Source of the DNA: Antedon mediterranea
Lineage: Eukaryota; Animalia; Echinodermata
Direction: 5' to 3'
NCBI RefSeq assembly: GCF_964355755.1
Contig: NC_092672.1
Span: 3,596,001 to 3,660,000 of the forward strand
DNA: 64,000 nt
Under the pieces are notes generated by a model. It had not been told where the DNA came from, searched no databases, and saw nothing but the letters and a program-made list of their open reading frames with translations. Of the stretch, positions 12,084-24,499 are shown piece by piece. The position numbers and the translations under genes are program-made. The first letter of the stretch is position 1. Each line of letters starts with the position of its first letter.

Positions 12084-13357
12084 GATGGTATATTTATTTC
12101 CTTTTTATCGTTATAGCATTGGCGTTTTGGGAGTTTTGATTATATTGAAAAGCGACGGCGAAACACTGTTGTCGGTCGTCTACTAAATTATATAATAACT
12201 AGGCCTAGGCGCGGCCGGACTATACTAAATCACTAAGGGTGGTAGGTATGTATAACAATACAATATTTAGGCTAGGCCTAGGCCCTAGACCTCGCGCCTA
12301 TAAATAAAGACCCAATTCCGTTATTAAAAGAAAAGAATGAAACAGCTAGCCTACTAGTAACGGGAGTAACTACTACTACTAGGCCTAGCCTAGCTAGGCT
12401 ATACTAGGCATAGAGGCCTAGCCTGTGTAGTATAGTAGAAGTAGGGCCCGGGCCTAGACCTAAACCTAGGCTAGGCTAGCTAGGCCTAAGCCTACTAGCC
12501 AGTAGGCCTAAAGCCCTGGGCCTAAATAGGGCTAGGCTTATATAGGCTAGCTCTCAATCAAGGAGCCTACTATTACTAAACTAACCAAAGACCTCTAACT
12601 AGGCTTATGGGGTGCTGGTCAACCCGTACCCAAACCAACCCGTACCCATGCCAACTCGTACCCAACTTGGCTAACCCGTACCCAAATAATTGGTCAACTC
12701 GTACCCACTTTGGCTAACCCGTACCCAAACCAACTCGTACCCATGCCAACTCATACCTAAATATTTGGCTTACTCGTACCCATTATTTGGCTTACTCGTA
12801 CCCATTATTTGGCTTACTCGTACCCATTATTTGGACTACTCGTACCCAATTTGAATAATTAGGCCTACTTGTAATGATTTGATCGGCGCAAAACTAGTGG
12901 TATGCTTTTGACGTATGAATATTTTTATATTTAAATTGTTTTTTTTTATTTTACAGGTCTCGGTGAAATGTGTGCTAATAAAAATGACCATTGATTTGAT
13001 TGTAAACTTCGTTTAATTAGGCATATATTTGTTAACATTTATTTAAATGTAGTATTATAGTTTTATAAACGTATGTTTGATGTGTCTTTTTATTTATTTA
13101 CGTAAGAACATTAATTAATAAAAAAATATTTTTACTGTTGTATAGTATTACAATTCAATTAAGCCCAGGTAAAGTACCAACAACGTATCATTTTTATACT
13201 TATCAATTTTTATTCTTATCACCTTATCTTCCCTGATTACATTCGATCATGGAGAGGTATACCTCCATGATTCGATCAAGTAATTATTGTTTCTATTGTA
13301 TTGGTATATTTAAAATTGGTTGAATTAACGACGCCCTGTTTTAATCAAAAAGCCCAC

Positions 13358-15510
13358 AGGGCTATGGAGTCGAATTACTCATAGATTTCGTGTTACGTGT
13401 TTTTGCTGACCGGGATTAACCTTTTATTATAAAAAAAAAATGACGTATGATCGTTTTCCATAATTTATTTATTAATAATTCAGTGAAATGATCATGTACA
13501 CTTACTGTAAAGTCTGCAGGGCTATGGGCGTAGATTTCGTGTTACGTGTTTTTGCTGACCGGGATTAACCTTTTATTATAAAAAAAACACGCATTTATAG
13601 GGCGTCAAAGAGATGACTCATTAATGACGTATATGATCGTTTTCCATATAATTTTATTTATTAATAATTCAGTGAAATGATCATATACACGTACTGTAAG
13701 GCCTGCAGGGCTATGGGGCGTAGATTTCGTGTTACGTGTTTTTGCTGACCGGGATTAACCTTTTATTACAAAAAAACACGCATTTATAGGGTGTCAAAGA
13801 GACGACTTAGTAATGGCGTATGATCGTTTTCCATATATTTTATTTATTAATAATTCAGTGAAATGATCATATACACGTACTGTAAGGCCTGCAGGGCTAT
13901 GGGGCGTAGATTTCGTGTTACGTGTTTTTGCTGACCGGGACTAACATTTTATTACAAAACATATGAATCTCTTGGTGCAAATTTTGCAACCAAACAGTGA
14001 TTTTTAATATGTACCTATTGAGCTGTTTATCTACTTATAAGTTCATACCAAGTTCATGCAACCCAAGTCTTGTCATCGTCCATTATATTGGGGGGTCAAC
14101 CATTATGAATACAACTAATTTCCACAATGATTTTATTATATTTTTTAACCAAAGAAATTAAAATGACATAAACTAGTATAGTATGAACATTTCCAGACTT
14201 TGTAATAATTACCATCTATTCATTAAACAAACCAAGTCACAGAAAGATAAACATAACCATTACCCGAATGAAAATGGTAGATCCCAGCTCGCTATCATTA
14301 AAACATAGGTGTCTTAATTTGGCAATTGTGAATATAAAACACGACATATAGAACTAAATAACACCTAACAATTGTTCCTTATATATCAAACATTAGAATG
14401 ATATAAAAATTAAAATGCTACTTACAATTATATAATGAAAAAATTAACCCCAAACTTCGCTACAATCCAACGGTCTGTCAAGTGAAGACTTGATAACACA
14501 GGCAAACCCTATTTGAATTTTGCCGCCTTTTTGAGCATTTTTTTAGATTTTTTCAAAATAGATTTTGCTATTTTGACACAGTCTATTTTAAGCCAATGCT
14601 CATAAGAAAAGTATGTAAGGAATCTATGAATATTCAGCTTTCTTTTAAGAAACTATCCAAAATGATTGATGGCCTACAAGTGATCTTAAATTGCAAATAA
14701 AACACTGTGGTGCTTTAGAAAATAGGTAAAAAATTGACCTCACACTGTCAGCGGGCAATGGATGGTGAGTTTTAAAACGTAAAATGACACATACTTTTTG
14801 TAACTTTACAATTTCAAACATATATCATAATGTTCAGTATTGTCTACAGTTTATTTTGAGCTACTATCCAAAAAAATCCGATTTATAATAGCCGAGATAT
14901 TTAGGTGGGAACATGAAAATCAAGTGTTTTGTAGAATATCACGATGCGAAATCAGTGGTATCCATGTCCCAGTGGAGTGTGTTGGGGCAATTTAGCTATT
15001 TCGTTGCTCAAGAGATTCATATGAACACGCATTTATAGGGTGTCAAAGAGACGACTTAGTAATGGCGTATGATCGTTTTCCATATATTTTATTTATTAAT
15101 AATTCAGTGAAATGATCATATACACGTACTGTAAGGCCTGCAGGGCTATGGGGCGTAGATTTCGTGTTACGTGTTTTTGCTGACCGGGATTAACCTTTTA
15201 TTACAAACAAACACGCATTTATATGGTGTCAAAGAGACGACTTAGTAATGGCGTATGATCGTTTTCCATATATTTTATTTATTAATAATTCAGTGAAATG
15301 ATCATATACACGTACTGTAAGGCCTGCGGGGCTATGGGGCGTAGATTTCGTGTTACGTGTTTTTGCTGACCGGGATTAACCTTTTATTACAAAAAAACAC
15401 GCATTTATAGGGCGTCAAAGAGACGACTCAGTAATGACGTATGATCGTTTTCCATATATTTTATTTATCAATAATTCAGTGAAATGATCATATACACGTA
15501 CTTTAAGGCA
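13358..15510. repeat. 186-bp tandem repeat (~6 units) split by a 1064-bp insertion
   Basis: Unit starts (C(A/G)GGGCTATGGGGCGTAGATTTCG) at 13706, 13892, 15141 and 15327: 186-bp period on both sides of the insert. Confidence 0.9.
13960..15023. mobile_element. Non-autonomous TIR element (1064 bp) inserted in an A-run of the 186-bp repeat
   Basis: Perfect 15-bp TIR CATATGAATCTCTTG / CAAGAGATTCATATG; the interrupted repeat unit resumes on the other side. TSD is absent or 2 bp (AA); superfamily unresolved. Confidence 0.8.
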
Positions 15511-16959
15511 ATTAAACATTTTTGGCAGATTTTCTTCTATAACAGCTACAGTGTGTAAAAAAAAAATAGACAACGCAATGTGGCGTACGATCGTTTTCTA
15601 TTTTTTTTTTTCTTAAATAATTCAGTAAAATTATCTGTTTGTTTACAGCAATTAAACATTTTTGGTAGATGTTTCCTCAATAACAGCTACGTGTTTTTGC
15701 TGACAAGGGATTCCCTTTTAAAAAAAAAAACGCATTCTATAATATTCTACAAATAAATGACCCACACTCGTTTTTCCATGGCAATTAACGGATGTCGTCT
15801 TATTTACTAAAATAATATAAACGTTCTGAAGGCCTACCTACACGTGTCTGTACATACGTATCTGTCAGCGATAAGATGATTTTTTTTTTAGTTTTAGTAG
15901 TATTTTATTTCGGTTTTTAGTCATAATAATACAGTAATAATCATTATAAAATGAAAACGTAATAACAGCAAATGTCGTCGTTAGTAATTAAATGTTAAAT
16001 TATTGGAGGTTACCTTTTATTATTATTCTCACATCCATCATGTCCTAGGGAATTTGTTTTAAAAACGGCAATAATCTACTTAGATTCATTATTCTAAAAT
16101 GGTCCTTAGCAGCAAAAATGAGGCTGGTATCCACTTAAATAGTTTCGTGATTTTAAAAATACGAGTGACTACTTAAAAATGTTTTCGAAATGTTAAAACA
16201 AAACTTGCAAAACAAAACAACAAAAACCATTTTTAAAACGATTTTCAAAAAGCACATTACTTCATTATCTGTAAAATAAAATGAAAAGTGTGTACAGGCT
16301 ATTCGTAGTAAATAATAGATCAATAACTATTCAAAAATGAAAAAAAAAATAGAATGCAGCACAGCCGACCACTGACATCTTCCATGTAAAACAACGCCCT
16401 CAAGTATTAATTTAACTACGACCCAAATACGATGAAAGCTGTGCTTTTTTCGTACGAGTCTGTACATAAATTATACTTAGGTAAATAGTTTTTGCCATTA
16501 TAATATCGAACATATGATCTAAAAATGTAATAAAACTGGGTTTAACTGTAATAGGCCTATATAAATATACTTTAAATAGCATTAAACTTGGGTACGGGCC
16601 AGCCAATGATGGGTACGGGTTAGCCAATGATGGGTACGGGTGAGCCAAAATTTTGGGTACGAGTAAGCCAAAATTTGGGTACGAGTTGGTGGGTACGAGT
16701 TGGCATGGGTACGGGTTGACCTGTATTCACCCGATGCCCACTAACTACTAAGCTAGCTAGGCTAGGCCTACCTCTTGCCTACCTAGCAGGCCTATAGGCT
16801 AGGTCTTTACTAGCTAGGCATTGTTAGCTATAGTAGGCAGGCCTAGACTACTAGGCCCTAGTCCTTCTACTACTAGCCTTCTAGGCTAGTAGGCTAGTAC
16901 TAGCCTATTATAATAAATATAGCCTCCCTGGAGACCATAGACTCGGGCCTAGTAGTAGG

Positions 16960-19065
16960 GGATCCATCGCAAAGTCGCCCCATACAAAGTCGCCCAATAC
17001 AAAGTCGCCCCATCGCAAAGTCGCCCCAAAACAAAGTCGCCCAGGCACAGTCGCCCCATCGCAAAGTCGCCCCATCGCAAAGTCGCCCCAGCGCAAAGTC
17101 GCCCCAGCGCAAAGTCGCCCCAGCGCAAAGTCGCCCCAACGCAAAGTCGCCCCATCGCAAAGTCGCCCCATCGCAAAGTCGCCCACGGTTTTATTTCGGT
17201 ATGATTATGAAGCGCCGCCGTAGTAGTACGCTGTTTCATATCGGTTGCGTTTGATATCGATTGCGTTTGTTACTTTGGTCGCGCTAAATGTCGTATAGGC
17301 CTACATTACAATGTTTATCCTATTATATACATAAAATTTTTATTTTACAGGTTTTAATGGAGTGATGTGCTTTTTAAAAATCATTAAAAAAATAGTCCCT
17401 TGTTTGAAAGTTCTAAAAAGATTATCCCTGATTTATAGTTTCGAAAATGTTAAATTAGTTACCAGAGCCACAATTACGAATCTTTCTTCAACCTACGCCT
17501 GGATACCAGCTCATTTTTTAGGATAATATAATAAATGTATAAATGTGTAGGCCTTCGTATAGATTTGTAAGACAATGAGTTGTAAAACAGTGTTGTAAGA
17601 CAATGAGTGTTATAGGCTACTTATTGATCATTTTGCATTTATTGACAAGTTATGTGTCTTACTTTTATAATGACTTTTCAAAATGAAGGGAAAAAAAAGG
17701 ATTTCATCGCCGATATGATTGTTTTACATGCATTACAGGTATTTTAGTAAAATTTAAAACGCTACATTTTGACCATGGAAAAACCATCGTACAGTATCGT
17801 GTGCGTGTTTTTTAAAAAGGGGAATCCCCGACGGTCAGCAGAAAGACGTAGCAGCTGTGAGGAAACAGATACCAGAAGGCGCAGCTCCGATTGGTTTCAG
17901 AGAATGTTTCAGATAGCGAGTCGCCTTTTATTCAACAGCACAATGATCATTTTACTGAAGAAATTCTTTTCAACCCTTTTGGTTTTAGAACATTCTAATT
18001 AACATGCCTAATAAATATCCTCATATCGGGTGTATATTTAATTTTAAATTAAACAAGACAGTGAAGAGGCACGGAATAATACGTACGACGAATACACACA
18101 CGCACGTCATTTACGACATATAGTGGTGATATGATGCAATTTTATAATTGATATAATGATGGGATTGCCTTTCCAGGCTTACAATCAATGTCCATTGTAA
18201 TACTATGTATAATAATAGTAAACTGAATGTTTATAAATAAATTGTTTTACGTAATTTGTTGCATATAAAATAAAAGACACAGACGCAGTCTACGTTTCCT
18301 ATAAAATATTTCACATTTAAATAATTATGTACTGTCAAATGACATTATGCTGGATAATACTATAATCTTAAACTATGTTTACAAATTGTCATTTTTTTAA
18401 CGCACACATCTTTCCCATCATACTGACCTGTAAAATAAAAACAAAAATCAATTATTAATATAGGCCTAATAATAACAATAAATATTCATCGACCAAAGCA
18501 AAAATAATCTAGATCGTATAACATCATTTTATCGCGACCAAAATTAAACGCGACCGATTTCGAACGCGACTGATATCATCGTAAAACTCCGGCGGGGTTT
18601 CCCCATCTTCAGAATGGTGCGTTGTAGTGCGACAACGGCGGAGTAATTACGGGGTTTCCCTCTGCTGGTAAGCTATAGCACGTTAGTGCGACCGCTGAGT
18701 GATTAGTCGGGGTTTCCACTCTGATGATGGGGGTGCGTGCCGATCGTGTGACCTGAGACTACATGGCGGGGCTTCCCCTTTTATGCCTACACGTTCCGTG
18801 TTATTTTGTGTATCATTGCGACATTTTACGCACTTGTAAACTATTTTTTAACGTTTTGGGCGACTTTGCGATAGGGCGACTTTGTGATGGGGCGACTTTG
18901 CGATGGGGCGACTTTGCGTTGGGGCGACTTTGCGATGGGGCGACTTTGCGATGGGGCGACTGTGTCGGGGCGACTTTGTTTTGGGGCGACTTTGCGATGG
19001 GGCGACTGTGTAAGGGGCGACTTTGTATGGGGCGACTTTGCGATGGGGCGACTTGACTAGCATCC
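16960..19065. mobile_element. Non-autonomous MULE-like element with AAAGTCGCCCC 16-bp subterminal arrays
   Basis: Array 16965-17185 is mirrored by GGGGCGACTTT array 18858-19054; GGAT../..ATCC termini; flanking duplication AGTAGTAG(G/T) at 16951-16959 and 19066-19074. Confidence 0.8.
18594..18777 (+). promoter_or_regulatory. Four regularly spaced NF-kappaB-like motifs
   Basis: GGGGTTTCCC (18594, 18651), GGGGTTTCCA (18709), GGGGCTTCCC (18768), spaced 57-59 bp; three match GGGRNWYYCC and the third differs at the last base. Function unproven. Confidence 0.4.
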
Positions 19066-19186
19066 AGTAGTAGTACTAGTAGGCCTACTAAAGGCCCTAG
19101 GCTAGCTAGCTAATAATAATTCTTATTTCAAATCAAATTTTAAGAATTAATTTGTACATATTTTTATTTCAGAACAGGCATTTACC

Positions 19187-20912
19187 ATGGATTTGCTGCA
19201 AATTTCAGAGAATTACCAGGAACTTTATGCCAGGCGCAAAGAGGTCTTATATCTGACAATATTAATGTGCTTGAAAACTGGCATCTTAGGATTGAGAAGT
19301 TAAACATTTTATTTAATATTGTTTTAAGAAGGTTACAAGAGAGTGATGTTCCTCTAGATACCATTGAACAATTTGTTATACTTTCTACTGAATTAAATTA
19401 TATTTTTGCCTCATATGATGAAAGAATAAACGGAAATCATGATCATCATAGGTGGTTTGCATCGCATCAAACTGAACAAACATCTAATGGGCGACCAAGG
19501 ATTATAGTTAATAAAGAGAATATTGAAGAACTATTTGAAATATTTCATAGTTGGAAAATTGTTGCACATCAATTAGCGATTTCTGTTGATACACTTCGAA
19601 GAAGAAGAAGATTATATGGTTTGCCCGTTTCCCAGCCTAACTCTACTAGAAACTACTATTCAAATATTTCAAGAGATCAGCTTTTAAATGAAGAATATTG
19701 ATTTTATTGCCTGATGCTGGAGAAAAATTAATTATTGGTGGATTAAGAAGAAGGCGTATACAGTACATGTTCAGAGAAGTCTAATTCGGGATGCTATAAT
19801 GGAGGTTGACCCAATCAATAGATCATTAAGGCGAACCAGATCTGTTATAAGAAGTTTACAATGTTGCAAGTCCAAATAGTTTATGGTAAGGATTACAGTA
19901 TACGGTAGATGTTTTTACTAACAATAATAAATACAGTATATTTAGCAGATTTAAAAAAAAGTATGAACTTTTTTAAGATGTGAATAATAAGTTGCCCATA
20001 ATACTTATTTGCATGAATTATTGTTGAGGTACTGTACATATAATTGATAAGAAAATATACACATGTAACATTAACAATGTACGTCAGTACAAAAAGTTTA
20101 TTATGCATGATTCAAGAGAGTAGCCAATTTGTTTTGTTTTACAGGCACATCGATGGCCATCATAAGTTAATTTGCTGGAACTTTGTCATATTAGGAGGCA
20201 TTGATGGATATTCACGCAAGATTGTTTATCTTAGATGTTGCACAAATAACAAAGCAGAGAGTGTTCTTCAGCTATTTCAAGAAGCTGTTGGACAGCATGG
20301 TTTACCATCACGAGTCAGATCTGATAAAGGAGGCGAGAATGTATTGGTGGCTCGCTTTATGTTAAGCAATAGAGGCTTAAATCGTGGCAGCCATATAACA
20401 GGTTCATCAGTTCACAATCAAAGAATTGAAAGGCTGTGGCTGGATGTCAAACAAACTGTTGTTAAACAATTTCAAGGTATATTTAACTACATGGAAAATT
20501 TGGGAATTCTTGATCCCTTAAACCAGATTCATATTTATTGCCTTCATTCGGTATTTTTAAGTCCCATTAATGATTCATTAAGAGAGATGGAAGGCAATTG
20601 GAATGACCATCCCATGAGTAGCGAACATAATCTTTCACCGAATCAACTTTGGCATATGGGATTAAATGCTTATGCATTTAACAATCCTGAAGAATATCAA
20701 GATCTAATTCACGATGGAATTGATGAAGATGGGCCACAAGCTGTTGATGACAACAATAATGAACAGATTGTTGTTCCATATATACAATTGCCATTAACCA
20801 ACAACCAAGACAATTTATTAAATCATATGCACTAGGTGCTAATAAAGCAGATGTTGACCAATGTATAGACATTTATGTCAATTTAGTTCATATAGTGGAA
20901 GGCATGATGTAA
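19187..20912 (+). pseudogene. IS3EU-type transposase (HTH + rve integrase-core DDE), two coding exons, frameshifted
   Basis: Exon 1: GRPRI..KENIEELFEIFHSWKIVAHQLAISVDTLRRR..YSNIS, then PDAGE..GL..RIHVQR..VDP..SPNSLW across frameshifts. GT-AG intron ~19886-20143. Exon 2: [37 protein letters not shown] (D-D-E intact). Confidence 0.85.
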
Positions 20913-22539
20913 ACCCCTAAACAACCATTTAGTAACTATCTCCGATCAGTGATAGTAAACAACCCTAGAAATTAACAAACATTGATTCTAATGAGACTTT
21001 TCACCGGTTTCCGTAGGACCACTAGAGTCTGGTTTTCTTTTTTGAAAAAATATAATACTACTGTAGCACAAATACAACTTTGTGCAATGGGTAATTTAAA
21101 TTTACTTTCTATGGACGAGAGAGTTAGTTTTTCTAATATTTATTATAATAATTGTCTCTGTGTATGGTAAGATATTCCAAAAGAACATTCTTTATTATTT
21201 TCAACATATTTGCGACAGCTCTCCAATGTTATATTAAGCAGGTTTTTTCTGTACACATGAAACATTTTAACTGTAAATAAATTTTTTGTTGTTGCTTTAA
21301 TCTATTGTTTAGTTTTATTTTATATTATAATTTATATTGTTTGAGGTGTAGCATACGATTGGATAGTGCTTTGCACTCATAACAATCCTCAGGTGTTTAT
21401 TTAAATAAATACAGTAACATGATTTTTAACAGTTTTTTGGTGTAAAAACTCAAATTTTTATGATAGCTATATTAATAACGTACAGTAAACACAGAGCCTT
21501 CAAACAAAAGGTAGAGCTGAGCTCATCTAAACTCAATTGTACTGTGGCTAGAAACTTATACATAAATAAATTTATATTAACAAAATTTGAATGACATGAT
21601 TTTTTTTTTAGTAAAAATTATATTTGTTGTAAATGTTACAGATTTCCCAATGCAAAACAAATACAGAGCTGATCCAAGCTATTTAAAATCGATTGTATTT
21701 TGGCTAGATTTGCAACATGCAATTTTAACAGGCAGGGGTGGTCGTAGAGGACTATTTTAAGGGTGTTGGCCAAGAAGAGTCCAGCCGCAAAACCACATAT
21801 TTGGCCCATAGAGGAGCGATGCAAATTTTTTTTAATTACACCACTAGATGGCCGGAAATTAATTAATTAAATTTAATTAGCAATTATAATGAGTACAAAT
21901 TATTTATTATCAAATCATAATTTTAAAAAGCTAAACAAAAAATAAGAGGCTGCTGCTATAAATATTTTGAGCAAAACGTTTAATTGTATTATTTTGAAAT
22001 AAATGCTAAATAAGTCAGTAAAACCACAATTAGCAAAATTTATTTTCATTTATCCACTATAAACTGTATAAACAGTGTTGCCTAAACAACACTCCAGAAA
22101 AAAATATTGAAATTTGCAGAAAGAAGGAATTGCCCAGGCAACACCCCTGCGTCTACCCCTATTACCCACAAATTGATTTTTATTGCTTCTAAACAAATTT
22201 TCAATATAGATGTAAAAAAAACTAGAAATTAATTTAACTTTGACGAAATATTGTTGATCTTTTTTATAATTTTATGGACATTAATATTTTTTAAACATGC
22301 ACGTATGCGAACATACGATCGGAAAATGTTGATGTATGCCTTCCTATTATACGCTTATAGTGCTGAGTTGTGTATATTATATGCCATATACATTAAGTAC
22401 AGTATATACTGTATATCTATATACCGTGTAGCATTGGTGAAATTACGGACAAACATCATGTTCTAATTTTTTGGCATTGATAACATTATCAAAATAAACT
22501 TGTGGATAACAATATCGAAAGATAATGAATTGAGCAATA

Positions 22540-23500
22540 AAATATAACAATTGGAAGAAAATTTGGCACGTAGAAGCGTGGTGCGCGCTCTTTAAAATTT
22601 GTATAACTTTGACGAAAGAGATGAAAAAACTACTTTTTAACTTCAACTGGCCATATGATAACGTTACAACATCTGATAGACCTAATTTTTAAATAAATTC
22701 ATATCTACATTTTACAAGCTCTCATAATAAGTTATAAAAATCAAGGTCAACTTTATTTCAGAAGAGCTGCAAGGTATTCAAATATCCGTTGTAGGTGAAA
22801 TTACGTAATCAGCGTTATTTAAATTTTTAGACATGATGAAATCATCTAAATGGAAATGTTGGCAACTCATGAGTAACATAATTGGTTGAGGTAGAATATA
22901 TTAAAAATTAAAAGAAAATCAATCACAGATAAGCGAGATGCCCTCTGTTCAATATGATTGTCTAAGATGAAACGAAAAAAATCCAATTTTTTTATTTATG
23001 TGGCCAAATGATGACATATAATTTTGTACGTCTAATATGTACATGATGCATTCATAACTCCAACTCATTGGCTTCCACAATCAGTTTAAAAAAATTGGTA
23101 GTAAGCGTCCATTCTGAAGAGTTATATTTATATATTATAAGGCCTTATTTTTTACCGTTTTTGACACTTTTGTGCAATTAATGTGCGCATTTTGTCATTT
23201 TTTAACCTGCTCGTATAATTTGGTGAATGTAATTTTGAGCTTTTTAAATTTTTAACGCGCGATTTCACTATTAATTTTTATTTTATTTGCTATTCTTTTT
23301 ACCCTTGACATGCAGTTTATGTATAGTGAATTTTATTGACATGTGATTACAAGTAATATAGAGATATGATCGATAATGTGATTTCACAAAATTGGGTATA
23401 AATTACGTCACAGATGAGTGAACTTTTTGAGATAATTGTTACACAAAATAGTGTACAGAAACAATAAAAAGAAAAAAAATAACAATAAAGATTTCATACA
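22540..23500 (+). mobile_element. Diverged fragment of the Helentron-like family found at 57978-63032
   Basis: CAACTGGCCATATGATAACGTTACAACATC (22644) and CACAGATAAGCGAGATGC (22924) match the 1.5-kb unit (e.g. ~58413, ~58692). Boundaries approximate. Confidence 0.6.
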
Positions 23501-24499
23501 ATAATAATAGATAATCATTTTATTCTAAATGATCACCTAAAAATATAATTACACACGTACATGATTCGTTTAGTATACTAATAATATTATTTGTCGCATC
23601 AACTTCCAAAATTGACCTTTGTGACATTGTTTTTGCAGCGGTATACTTTCAATAAGTTCAAACAAACAACAAAATAAGACAGACTCAAAAATACTTTTAA
23701 TGCAGTGTTTAGTTGTTTCAAATACAATCACAAACTTTAAAAAGTATGCAAAACTCCATGAAGGTACCATACTATAAATACGTTATAAAATCAGAAGCGT
23801 GTTAAGTAAAATTTCTGTGGAATTATTTAACATACCCATAAGTGCAAAGAAATAGCTTATTATAGAGGCTGTTCTTTTATTCTAAACCAAATTTTTTTTT
23901 TTAAATAGAAATGAATCCTTTGGTTTATAAGTAACCCAAACATTACCAAAGTATAGTTTATATGAATTTCAAGTATAAAAGTACAAGAAAAAAAAAATGT
24001 GGTACATGGTATTAAATGAATGAAAGTAACAAGCATTGAAGATATTTAACATGAAATTATCTTTATACATTTAAGATGTAGTAGAAAATCAATTTCTATA
24101 CATACAAATCAAGTATTGAAGTCTGACATAAATGAGCAATTCATAATATGATTTTTAGGGGAAAAAACTCTCAATATTATATAATTATTTAAATGTGATT
24201 TAAGAATAAAACCCTCCATCATTAAAACATTCATGTAACTATGTTAAAACTGGTGTTCAAAATATAACTACCACTGTATGTGATAAAAATAACTTTATGA
24301 TTGTGTTTCCCAACAATAATATTAAACAAAAATTGTAAAAAAAAAATGTAGCCACTAATTGCAAAATATTTTTTTTTAAATTGGAATTAAGACTTTGAAT
24401 TAAGCTTGATTAAAACAATAAAAACATATTAACAATAACAAAACTGAATGTCATTATTGTATTAAACATGTTAGCACTTAATTACTAACATTTTAAAGC

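Larger units (their letters stand above)
12617..16721. mobile_element. Non-autonomous foldback-type element with AACYCGTACCC subterminal arrays (MULE-like)
   Basis: GGTCAACCCGTACCC.. array at 12617-12850 is mirrored by ..GGGTACGGGTTGACC at 16590-16721; no convincing TSD, so exact ends are uncertain. Confidence 0.65.

Noticed and set aside
18594-18777. Mini CRISPR-like repeat-spacer array
   Set aside because: The conserved part is only ~10 bp, spacers share residual similarity, and there are no cas genes.
16900-19063. (WGDFAMGRLCDGATLR)n proteins
   Set aside because: Translations of 16-bp subterminal arrays, open in several frames.
20044-20835. Bacterial IS3/IS481 contamination or a retroviral integrase
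   Set aside because: The gene has a spliceosomal intron, sits between long TIRs with a 6-bp TSD, and has no adjacent RT/RNase H or LTRs.
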